DNA of 64,000 nt from the NCBI GenBank assembly GCA_964016885.1, contig OZ024740.1, forward strand, positions 22,382,001-22,446,000, in the 5' to 3' direction. The notes beneath the pieces are model-generated. The model saw only the letters and a program-made list of their open reading frames with translations, was not told the DNA's origin and ran no database searches. Shown in pieces: positions 43,801 through 56,600 of the stretch. Position 1 is the first letter of the stretch; the number at the start of each line of letters is the position of its first letter. This DNA is from Eledone cirrhosa (Eukaryota). A program made the translations under genes and the position numbers.

Positions 43801-46320
43801 GAACTGTCTTATCCTTGTCACCTACACTTAAACACTTTGGACGAAACTGTCTTATCCTTGTCACCTCCACTTAAACGCTTTTGACTGAAATGTCTTATCG
43901 TTGTAACATCCACTTAAACACTTTTGAATAAACTGCCTTATCCTTGTCACCTCCACTTAAACACTTCTGACTGAACTGTCTTATCGTTGTCACACTCCAC
44001 TTAATCACTTTTGAATGAACTGTCTTATCCTTGTCACCTCCAATTAAACACTTTTGACTGAACTGTCTTATCCTTGTCACCTCCACTTAAACACTTTTGA
44101 CTAAACTGTCTTATCCTTGTCACCTCCACTTAAACACGTTTGACTAAACTGTCTTATCCTTGTCACCTCCACTTAAACACGTTTGACTAAACTGTCTTCT
44201 CCTTGTCACGTCCACTTAAACACGTTTGACTGAACTGTCTTATCCTTGTCACCTCCCTTAAATACTTTTGACTAAACTGTCTTATCCTTGTCACTTCCAG
44301 GTAAACACTTTTGACTAAACTGTCTTATCCTTGTCACCTCCACTTAAACAATTTTGACTAAACTGTTTTATCCTTGTCACCTCCACTTAAACACGTTTGA
44401 CTGATCTGTCTTATCCTTGTCACCTCCACTTAAACACTTTTGACTGAACTGTCTTATCATTGTCACCTCCACTTATACACTTTTGACTGAACTGTCTTAT
44501 CCATGTCACCTCCACTTAAACACTTTTGACTGAACTGTCTCATCGTTGTCACCTACACTTAAACACTTTGGACTAAACTGTCTTATCCTAGTCAACTCCA
44601 ATTAAACACTTTTGACTGAAATATCTTATCGTTGTAACATCCACTTAAACACTTTTGACTAAACTGTATTATCCTCGTCATTTCCACTTAAACACTTTTG
44701 ACTGAACTATCTTATCGTTGTCACCTCCACTTAAACACTTTTGACTAAACTGTCTTATCCTTGTCACCTCCACTTAAACACATTTGACTGAACTGTCTTA
44801 TCCTTGTCACCTCCACTTAAACACTTTTGACTAAACTGTCTTAACGTTGTCACCTCCACTTAAATACTTTTGACTAAACTGTCTTATCCTTGTCACCTCC
44901 ACTTAAACACGTTTGACTAAACTTTCCTATCCTTGTCACCTCCACTTAAACACTTTTGACTGAAATGTCTTTTCCTTGTCACGTCCACTTAAACACGTTT
45001 GACTAAACTGTCTTATCCTTGTCACCTCCACTTAATCACTTTTGACTGAACTGTCTTATCCTTGACACCTCCACTTAAACACTTTTTACTGAACTGTCTT
45101 ATCCTTGTCACCTACACTTAAACACTTTGGACGAAACTGTCTTATCCTTGTCACCTCCACTTAAACGCTTTTGACTGAAATGTCTTATCGTTGTAACATC
45201 CACTTAAACACTTTTGAATAAACTGCCTTATCCTTGTCACCTCCACTTAAACACTTCTGACTGAACTGTCTTATCGTTGTAACACTCCACTTAATCACTT
45301 TTGAATGAACTGTCTTATCCTCGTCACCTCCAATTAAACACTTTTGACTGAACTGTCTTATCCTTGTCACCTCCACTTAAACACTTTTGACTAAACTGTC
45401 TTATCCTTGTCACCTCCACTTAAACACGTTTGACTAAACTGTCTTATCCTTGTCACCTCCACTTAAACACGTTTGACTAAACTGTCTTCTCCTTGTCACG
45501 TCCACTTAAACACGTTTGACTGAACTGTCTTATCCTTGTCACCTCCCTTAAATACTTTTGACTAAACTGTCTTATCCTTGTCACTTCCAGGTAAACACTT
45601 TTGACTAAACTGTCTTATCCTTGTCACCTCCACTTAAACAATTTTGACTAAACTGTTTTATCCTTGTCACCTCCACTTAAACACGTTTGACTGATCTGTC
45701 TTATCCTTGTCACCTCCACTTAAACACTTTTGACTGAACTGTCTTATCATTGTCACCTCCACTTATACACTTTTGACTGAACTGTCTTATCCATGTCACC
45801 TCCACTTAAACACTTTTGACTGAACTGTCTCATCGTTGTCACCTACACTTAAACACTTTGGACTAAACTGTCTTATCCTAGTCAACTCCAATTAAACACT
45901 TTTGACTGAAATATCTTATCGTTGTAACATCCACTTAAACACTTTTGACTAAACTGTATTATCCTCGTCATTTCCACTTAAACACTTTTGACTGAACTAT
46001 CTTATCGTTGTCACCTCCACTTAAACACTTTTGACTAAACTGTCTTATCCTTGTCAACTCCACTTAAACACTTTTGACTGAACTGTCTTATCGTTGTCAA
46101 CTCCACTTAAACACTTTTGAATGAACTGTTTTATCCTTGTCACCTCCACTTAAACACTTTTGACTGAATTGTCTTATCGCTGTCCCATCCACTTAATCAC
46201 TTTTGACTGAACTGTCTTATCCTTGTCACCTCCACTTAAACACTTTTGACTGAACTGTCTTATCCTTGTCACCTCCACTTAAACACTTTTGACTGAACTG
46301 TCTTATCGTTGTCACCTCCA
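33650..46320. repeat. ~7-kb-scale duplication (offsets 7,050 then 6,878 bp) containing a 30-monomer (1,290 bp) internal duplication
   Basis: CCTTCTCACC at 34141/41191 and TCATCTCC at 35951/43001 give offset 7,050. ORF/marker pairs 37017/43895 and 38307/45185 give offset 6,878. Pairs 37017/38307 and 43895/45185 give offset 1,290. Confidence 0.85.
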
Positions 46321-47229
46321 CTTAAACACGTTTGACTAAACTGTCTTCTCCTTGTCACGTCCACTTAAACACGTTTGACTGAACTGTCTTATCCTTGTCA
46401 CCTCCCTTAAATACTTTTGACTAAACTGTCTTATCCTTGTCACTTCCAGGTAAACACTTTTGACTAAACTGTCTTATCCTTGTCACCTCCACTTAAACAA
46501 TTTTGACTAAACTGTTTTATCCTTGTCACCTCCACTTAAACACGTTTGACTGATCTGTCTTATCCTTGTCACCTCCACTTAAACACTTTTGACTGAACTG
46601 TCTTATCATTGTCACCTCCACTTATACACTTTTGACTGAACTGTCTTATCCATGTCACCTCCACTTAAACACTTTTGACTGAACTGTCTCATCGTTGTCA
46701 CCTACACTTAAACACTTTGGACTAAACTGTCTTATCCTAGTCAACTCCAATTAAACACTTTTGACTGAAATATCTTATCGTTGTAACATCCACTTAAACA
46801 CTTTTGACTAAACTGTATTATCCTCGTCATTTCCACTTAAACACTTTTGACTGAACTATCTTATCGTTGTCACCTCCACTTAAACACTTTTGACTAAACT
46901 GTCTTATCCTTGTCAACTCCACTTAAACACTTTTGACTGAACTGTCTTATCGTTGTCACCTCCACTTAAACACTTTTGACTGAACTGTTTTATCCTTGTC
47001 ACCTCCACTTAAACACTTTTGACTGAATTGTCTTATCGCTGTCCCATCCACTTAATCACTTTTGACTGAACTATCTTATCCTTGTCACCTCCACTTAAAC
47101 ACTTTTGACTGAACTGTCTTATCCTTGTCACCTCCACTTAAACACTTTGGACTAAACTGTCTTATCCTTGTCACGTCCACTTAAACACTTTTGACTAAAC
47201 TGGCTTATCCTTATCATCTCCACTTAAAC

Positions 47230-50200
47230 ACTTTTGACCGAACTGTCTTATCCGTGTCACCTCCACTTAAACACTTTTGACTAAACTGTCTTATCCTTGT
47301 CACCTCCACTTAAACACTTTTGACTAAACTGTCTTATCCTTGTCATCTCCACTTAAACACGTTTGACTGAACTGTCTTATCCTTGTCACCTCCACTTAAA
47401 CACTTTTGACTAAACTGTCTTAACGTTGTCACCTCCATTTAAACACTTTTGACTAAACTGTCTTATCCTTGTCACCTCCACTTAAACACGTTTGACTAAA
47501 CTTTCCTATCCTTGTCACCTCCACTTAAACACTTTTGACCGAACTGTCTTATCCGTGTCACCTCCACTTAAACACTTTTGACTAAACTGTCTTATCCTTC
47601 TCACCTCCACTTAAACACTTTTGACTAAACTGTCTTATCCTTGTCACCTCCACTTAAACACTTTTGACTGAACTGTCTTATCCTTGTCACCTCCACTTAA
47701 ACACTTTTGACTAAACTGTCTTATCCTTGTCACCTCCACTTAAACACTTTTGACTAAACTGTCTTATCCTTGTCACCTCCACTTAATCACTTTTGACTGA
47801 ACTGTCTTATCCTTGACACCTCCACTTAAACACTTTTTACTGAACTGTCTTATCCTTGTCACCTACACTTAAACACTTTGGACGAAACTGTCTTATCCTT
47901 GTCACCTCCACTTAAACGCTTTTGACTGAAATGTCTTATCGTTGTAACATCCACTTAAACACTTTTGAATAAACTGCCTTATCCTTGTCACCTCCACTTA
48001 AACACTTCTGACTGAACTGTCTTATCGTTGTCACCTCCACTTAATCACTTTTGAATGAACTGTCTTATCCTTGTCACCTCCAATTAAACACTTTTGACTG
48101 AACTGTCTTATCCTTGTCACCTCCACTTAAACACTTTTGACTAAACTGTCTTATCCTTGTCACCTCCACTTAAACACGTTTGACTAAACTGTCTTATCCT
48201 TGTCACCTCCACTTAAACACGTTTGACTAAACTGTCTTATCCTTGTCACGTCCACTTAAACACGTTTGACTGAACTGTCTTATCCTTGTCACCTCCCTTA
48301 AATACTTTTGACTAAACTGTCTTATCCTTGTCACTTCCAGGTAAACACTTTTGACTAAACTGTCTTATCCTTGTCACCTCCACTTAAACAATTTTGACTA
48401 AACTGTTTTATCCTTGTCACCTCCACTTAAACACGTTTGACTGATCTGTCTTATCCTTGTCACCTCCACTTAAACACTTTTGACTGAACTGTCTTATCAT
48501 TGTCACCTCCACTTATACACGTTTGACTGAACTGTCTTATCCTTGTCACCTCCCTTAAATACTTTTGACTAAACTGTCTTATCCTTGTCACTTCCAGGTA
48601 AACACTTTTGACTAAACTGTTTTATCCTTGTCACCTCCACTTAAACACGCTTGACTGATCTGTCTTATCCTTGTCACCTCCACTTAAACACTTTTGACTG
48701 AACTGTCGTATCATTGTCACCTCCACTTATACACTTTTGACTGAACTGTCTTATCCATGTCACCTCCACTTAAACACTTTTGACTGAACTGTCTCATCGT
48801 TGTCACCTACACTTAAACACTTTGGACTAAACTGTCTTATCCTAGTCAACTCCAATTAAACACTTTTGATTGAAATATCTTATCGTTGTAACATCCACTT
48901 AAACACTTTTGACTAAACTGTATTATCCTCGTCATTTCCACTTAAACACTTTTGACTGAACTATCTTATCGTTGTCACCTCCACTTAAACACTTTTGACT
49001 AAACTGTCTTATCCTTGTCAACTCCACTTAAACACTTTTGACTGAACTGTCTTATCGTTGTCACCTCCACTTAATCACTTTTGACTGAATTGTCTTATCG
49101 CTGTCCCATCCACTTAATCACTTTTGACTGAACTGTCTTATCCTTGTCACCTCCACTTAAACACTTTTGACTGAACTGTCTTATCCTTGTCACCTCCACT
49201 TAAACACTTTTGACTGAACTGTCTTATCGTTGTCACCTCCACTAAAACACTTTGGACTAAACTGTCTTATCCTTGTCACGTCCACTTAAACACTTTTGAC
49301 TAAACTGGCTTATCCTTATCATCTCCACTTAAACACTTTTGACCGAACTGTCTTATCCGTGTCACCTCCACTTAAACACTTTTGACTAAACTGTCTTATC
49401 CTTGTCACCTCCACTTAAACACTTTTGACTAAACTGTCTTATCCTTGTCACCTCCACTTAAACACTTTTGACTGAACTGTCTTATCCTTGTCACCTCCAC
49501 TTAAACACTTTTGACTAAACTGTCTTAACGTTGTCACCTCCATTTAAACACTTTTGACTAAACTGTCTTATCCTTGTCACCTCCACTTAAACACGTTTGA
49601 CTAAACTTTCCTATCCTTGTCACCTCCACTTAAACACTTTTGACCGAACTGTCTTATCCGTGTCACCTCCACTTAAACACTTTGGACTAAACTGTCTTAT
49701 CCTTGTCACCTCCACTTAAACACTTTTGACTAAACTGTCTTATCCTTGTCACCTCCACTTAAACACTTTTGACTGAACTGTCTTATCCTTGTCACCTCCA
49801 CTTAAACACTTTTGACTAAACTGTCTTATCCTTGTCACCTCCACTTAAACACTTTTGACTGAACTGTCTTATCCTTGTCACCTCCACTTAAACACTTTTG
49901 ACTAAACTGTCTTAACGTTGTCACCTCCATTTAAACACTTTTGACTAAACTGTCTTATCCTTGTCACCTCCACTTAAACACTTTTGACTAAACTGTCTTA
50001 TCCTTGTCACCTCCACTTAAACACTTTTGACTGAACTGTCTTATCCTTGTCACCTCCACTTAAACACTTTTGACTAAACTGTCTTATCCTTGTCACCTCC
50101 ACTTAAACACTTTTGACTAAACTGTCTTATCCTTGTCACCTCCACTTAATCACTTTTGACTGAACTGTCTTATCCTTGACACCTCCACTTAAACACTTTT

Positions 50201-53200
50201 TACTGAACTGTCTTATCCTTGTCACCTACACTTAAACACTTTGGACGAAACTGTCTTATCCTTGTCACCTCCACTTAAACGCTTTTGACTGAAATGTCTT
50301 ATCGTTGTAACATCCACTTAAACACTTTTGAATAAACTGCCTTATCCTTGTCACCTCCACTTAAACACTTCTGACTGAACTGTCTTATCGTTGTCACCTC
50401 CACTTAATCACTTTTGACTGAACTGTCTTATCCTTGTCACCTCCAATTAAACACTTTTGACTGAACTGTCTTATCCTTGTCACCTCCACTTAAACACTTT
50501 TGACTAAACTGTCTTATCCTTGTCACCTCCACTTAAACACGTTTGACTAAACTGTCTTATCCATGTCACCTCCACTTAAATACGTTTGACTAAACTGTCT
50601 TATCCTTGTCACGTCCACTTAAACACGTTTGGCTGAACTGTCTTATCCTTGTCACCTCCCTTAAATACTTTTGACTAAACTGTCTTATCCTTGTCACTTC
50701 CAGGTAAACACTTTTGACTAAACTGTCTTATCCTTGTCACCTCCACTTAAACAATTTTGACTAAACTGTTTTATCCTTGTCACCTCCACTTAAACACGTT
50801 TGACTGATCTGTCTTATCCTTGTCACCTCCACTTAAACACTTTTGACTGAACTGTCTTATCATTGTCACCTCCACTTATACACTTTTGACCGAACTGTCT
50901 TATCCGTGTCACCTCCACTTAAACACTTTTGACTAAACTGTCTTATCCTTGTCACCTCCACTTAAACACTTTTGACTAAACTGTCTTATCCTTGTCACCT
51001 CCACTTAAACACGTTTGACTGAACTGTCTTATCCTTGTCACCTCCACTTAAACACTTTTGACTAAACTGTCTTAACGTTGTCACCTCCATTTAAACACTT
51101 TTGACTAAACTGTCTTATCCTTGTCACCTCCACTTAAACACGTTTGACTAAACTTTCCTATCCTTGTCACCTCCACTTAAACACTTTTGACCGAACTGTC
51201 TTATCCGTGTCACCTCCACTTAAACACTTTTGACTAAACTGTCTTATCCTTCTCACCTCCACTTAAACACTTTTGACTAAACTGTCTTATCCTTGTCACC
51301 TCCACTTAAACACTTTTGACTGAACTGTCTTATCCTTGTCACCTCCACTTAAACACTTTTGACTAAACTGTCTTATCCTTGTCACCTCCACATAAACACT
51401 TTTGACTAAACTGTCTTATCCTTGTCACCTCCACTTAATCACTTTTGACTGAACTGTCTTATCCTTGACACCTCCACTTAAACACTTTTTACTGAACTGT
51501 CTTATCCTTGTCACCTACACTTAAACACTTTGGACGAAACTGTCTTATCCTTGTCACCTCCACTTAAACGCTTTTGACTGAAATGTCTTATCGTTGTAAC
51601 ATCCACTTAAACACTTTTGAATAAACTGCCTTATCCTTGTCACCTCCACTTAAACACTTCTGACTGAACTGTCTTATCGTTGTCACCTCCACTTAATCAC
51701 TTTTGAATGAACTGTCTTATCCTTGTCACCTCCAATTAAACACTTTTGACTGAACTGTCTTATCCTTGTCACCTCCACTTAAACACTTTTGACTAAACTG
51801 TCTTATCCTTGTCACCTCCACTTAAACACGTTTGACTAAACTGTCTTATCCTTGTCACCTCCACTTAAACACGTTTGACTAAACTGTCTTATCCTTGTCA
51901 CGTCCACTTAAACACGTTTGACTGAACTGTCTTATCCTTGTCACCTCCCTTAAATACTTTTGACTAAACTGTCTTATCCTTGTCACTTCCAGGTAAACAC
52001 TTTTGACTAAACTGTCTTATCCTTGTCACCTCCACTTAAAGAATTTTGACTAAACTGTTTTATCCTTGTCACCTCCACTTAAACACGTTTGACTGATCTG
52101 TCTTATCCTTGTCACCTCCACTTAAACACTTTTGACTGAACTGTCTTATCATTGTCACCTCCACTTATACACGTTTGACTGAACTGTCTTATCCTTGTCA
52201 CCTCCCTTAAATACTTTTGACTAAACTGTCTTATCCTTGTCACTTCCAGGTAAACACTTTTGACTAAACTGTTTTATCCTTGTCACCTCCACTTAAACAC
52301 GTTTGACTGATCTGTCTTATCCTTGTCACCTCCACTTAAACACTTTTGACTGAACTGCCGTATCATTGTCACCTCCACTTATACACTTTTGACTGAACTG
52401 TCTTATCCATGTCACCTCCACTTAAACACTTTTGACTGAACTGTCTCATCGTTGTCACCTACACTTAAACACTTTGGACTAAACTGTCTTATCCTAGTCA
52501 ACTCCAATTAAACACTTTTGATTGAAATATCTTATCGTTGTAACATCCACTTAAACACTTTTGACTAAACTGTATTATCCTCGTCATTTCCACTTAAACA
52601 CTTTTGACTGAACTATCTTATCGTTGTCACCTCCACTTAAACACTTTTGACTAAACTGTCTTATCCTTGTCAACTCCACTTAAACACTTTTGACTGAACT
52701 GTCTTATCGTTGTCACCTCCACTTAATCACTTTTGACTGAATTGTCTTATCGCTGTCCCATCCACTTAATCACTTTTGACTGAACTGTCTTATCCTTGTC
52801 ACCTCCACTTAAACACTTTTGACTGAACTGTCTTATCCTTGTCCCCTCCACTTAAACACTTTTGACTGAACTGTCTTATCGTTGTCACCTCCACTAAAAC
52901 ACTTTGGACTAAACTGTCTTATCCTTGTCACGTCCACTTAAACACTTTTGACTAAACTGGCTTATCCTTATCATCTCCACTTAAACACTTTTGACCGAAC
53001 TGTCTTATCCGTGTCACCTCCACTTAAACACTTTTGACTAAACTGTCTTATCCTTGTCACCTCCACTTAAACACTTTTGACTAAACTGTCTTATCCTTGT
53101 CACCTCCACTTAAACACTTTTGACTGAACTGTCTTATCCTTGTCACCTCCACTTAAACACTTTTGACTAAACTGTCTTAACGTTGTCACCTCCATTTAAA

Positions 53201-53620
53201 CACTTTTGACTAAACTGTCTTATCCTTGTCACCTCCACTTAAACACGTTTGACTAAACTTTCCTATCCTTGTCACCTCCACTTAAACACTTTTGACCGAA
53301 CTGTCTTATCCGTGTCACCTCCACTTAAACACTTTGGACTAAACTGTCTTATCCTTGTCACCTCCACTTAAACACTTTTGACTAAACTGTCTTATCCTTG
53401 TCACCTCCACTTAAACACTTTTGACTGAACTGTCTTATCCTTGTCACCTCCACTTAAACACTTTTGACTAAACTGTCTTATCCTTGTCACCTCCACTTAA
53501 ACACTTTTGACTGAACTGTCTTATCCTTGTCACCTCCACTTAAACACTTTTGACTAAACTGTCTTAACGTTGTCACCTCCATTTAAACACTTTTGACTAA
53601 ACTGTCTTATCCTTGTCACC
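47230..53620. repeat. Duplication at 85-monomer offset (3,652 bp) including a 6-monomer stutter
   Basis: CAGGTA doublets at 48338+48595 and 51990+52247, GATTGAAATATC at 48868/52520 and ACTAAAACAC at 49241/52893. All offsets are 3,652 = 85x43-3. Confidence 0.85.
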
Positions 53621-56600
53621 TCCACTTAAACACGTTTGACTAAACTTTCCTATCCTTGTCACCTCCACTTAAACACTTTTGACCGAACTGTCTTATCCGT
53701 GTCACCTCCACTTAAACACTTTTGACTAAACTGTCTTATCCTTCTCACCTCCACTTAAACACTTTTGACTAAACTGTCTTATCCTTGTCACCTCCACTTA
53801 AACACTTTTGACTGAACTGTCTTATCCTTGTCACCTCCACTTAAACACTTTTGACTAAACTGTCTTATCCTTGTCACCTCCACTTAAACACTTTTGACTG
53901 AACTGTCTTATCCTTGACACCTCCACTTAAACACTTTTTACTGAACTGTCTTATCCTTGTCACCTACACTTAAACACTTTGGACGAAACTGTCTTATCCT
54001 TGTCCCCTCCACTTAAACGCTTTTGACTGAAATGTCTTATCGTTGTAACATCCACTTAAACACTTTTGAATAAACTGCCTTATCCTTGTCACCTCCACTT
54101 AAACACTTCTGACTGAACTGTCTTATCGTTGTCACCTCCACTTAATCACTTTTGAATGAACTGTCTTATCCTTGTCACCTCCAATTAAACACTTTTGACT
54201 GAACTGTCTTATCCTTGTCACCTCCACTTAAACACTTTTGACTAAACTGTCTTAGCCTTGTCACCTCCACTTAAACACGTTTGACTAAACTGTCTTATCC
54301 ATGTCACCTCCACTTAAACACGTTTGACTAAACTGTCTTATCCTTGTCACGTCCACTTAAACACGTTTGGCTGAACTGTCTTATCCTTGTCACCTCCCTT
54401 AAATACTTTTGACTAAACTGTCTTATCCTTGTCACTTCCAGGTAAACACTTTTGACTAAACTGTCTTATCCTTGTCACCTCCACTTAAACAATTTTGACT
54501 AAACTGTTTTATCCTTGTCACCTCCACTTAAACACGTTTGACTGATCTGTCTTATCCTTGTCACCTCCACTTAAACAATTTTGACTGAACTGTCTTATCA
54601 TTGTCACCTCCACTTATACACTTTTGACTGAACTGTCTTATCCATGTCACCTCCACTTAAACACTTTTGACTGAACTGTCTCATCGTTGTCACCTACACT
54701 TAAACACTTTGGACTAAACTGTCTTATCCTAGTCAACTCCAATTAAACACTTTTGACTGAAATATCTTATCGTTGTAACATCCACTTAAACACTTTTGAC
54801 TAAACTGTATTATCCTCGTCATTTCCACTTAAACACTTTTGACTGAACTATCTTATCGTTGTCACCTCCACTTAAACACTTTTGACTAAACTGTCTTATC
54901 CTTGTCAACTCCACTTAAACACTTTTGACTGAACTGTCTTATCGTTGTCACCTCCACTTAATCACTTTTGACTGAATTGTCTTATCGCTGTCCCATCCAC
55001 TTAATCACTTTTGACTGAACTGTCTTATCCTTGTCACCTCCACTTAAACACTTTTGACTGAACTGTCTTATCCTTGTCACCTCCACTTAAACACTTTTGA
55101 CTGAAATGTCTTATCGTTGTCACCTCCACTTAAACACTTTGGACTAAACTGTCTTATCCTTGTCACGTCCACTTAAACACTTTTGACTAAACTGGCTTAT
55201 CCTTATCATCTCCACTTAAACACTTTTGACCGAACTGTCTTATCCGTGTCACCTCCACTTAAACACTTTTGACTAAACTGTCTTATCCTTGTCACCTCCA
55301 CTTAAACACTTTTGACTATACTGTCTTATCCTTGTCACCTCCACTTAAACACTTTTGACTGAACTGTCTTATCCTTGTCACCTCCACTTAAACACTTTTG
55401 ACTAAACTGTCTTAACGTTGTCACCTCCATTTAAACACTTTTGACTAAACTGTCTTATCCTTGTCACCTCCACTTAAACACGTTTGACTAAACTTTCCTA
55501 TCCTTGTCACCTCCACTTAAACACTTTTGACCGAACTGTCTTATCCGTGTCACCTCCACTTAAACACTTTGGACTAAACTGTCTTATCCTTGTCACCTCC
55601 ACTTAAACACTTTTGACTAAACTGTCTTATCCTTGTCACCTCCAAATAAACACTTTTGACTGAACTGTCTTATCCTTGTCACCTCCACTTAAACACTTTT
55701 GACTAAACTGTCTTATCCTTGTCACCTCCACTTAAACACTTTTGACTGAACTGTCTTATCCTTGTCACCTCCACTTAAACACTTTTGACTAAACTGTCTT
55801 AACGTTGTCACCTCCATTTAAACACTTTTGACTAAACTGTCTTATCCTTGTCACCTCCACTTAAACACGTTTGACTAAACTTTCCTATCCTTGTCACCTC
55901 CACTTAAACACTTTTGACCGAACTGTCTTATCCGTGTCACCTCCACTTAAACACTTTTGACTAAACTGTCTTATCCTTGTCACCTCCACTTAAACACTTT
56001 TGACTAAACTGTCTTATCCTTGTCACCTCCACTTAAACACATTTGACTGAACTGTCTTATCCTTGTCACCTCCACTTAAACACTTTTGACTAAACTGTCT
56101 TAACGTTGTCACCTCCACTTAAACACTTTTGACTAAACTGTCTTATCCTTGTCACCTCCACTTAAACACGTTTGACTAAACTTTCCTATCCTTGTCACCT
56201 CCACTTAAACACTTTTGACTGAAATGTCTTTTCCTTGTCACCTCCACTTAAACACGTTTGACTAAACTGTCTTATCCTTGTCACCTCCACTTAATCACTT
56301 TTGACTGAACTGTCTTATCCTTGACACCTCCACTTAAACACTTTTTACTGAACTGTCTTATCCTTGTCACCTACACTTAAACACTTTGGACGAAACTGTC
56401 TTATCCTTGTCACCTCCACTTAAACGCTTTTGACTGAAATGTCTTATCGTTGTAACATCCACTTAAACACTTTTGAATAAACTGCCTTATCCTTGTCACC
56501 TCCACTTAAACACTTCTGACTGAACTGTCTTATCGTTGTCACCTCCACTTAATCACTTTTGAATGAACTGTCTTATCCTTGTCACCTCCAATTAAACACT

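Noticed and set aside
43895-45376. Two further identical 63-aa ORFs (43895-44086, 45185-45376)
   Set aside because: They are copies of the above produced by the 6,878-bp duplication. Identity reflects DNA duplication, not protein conservation.
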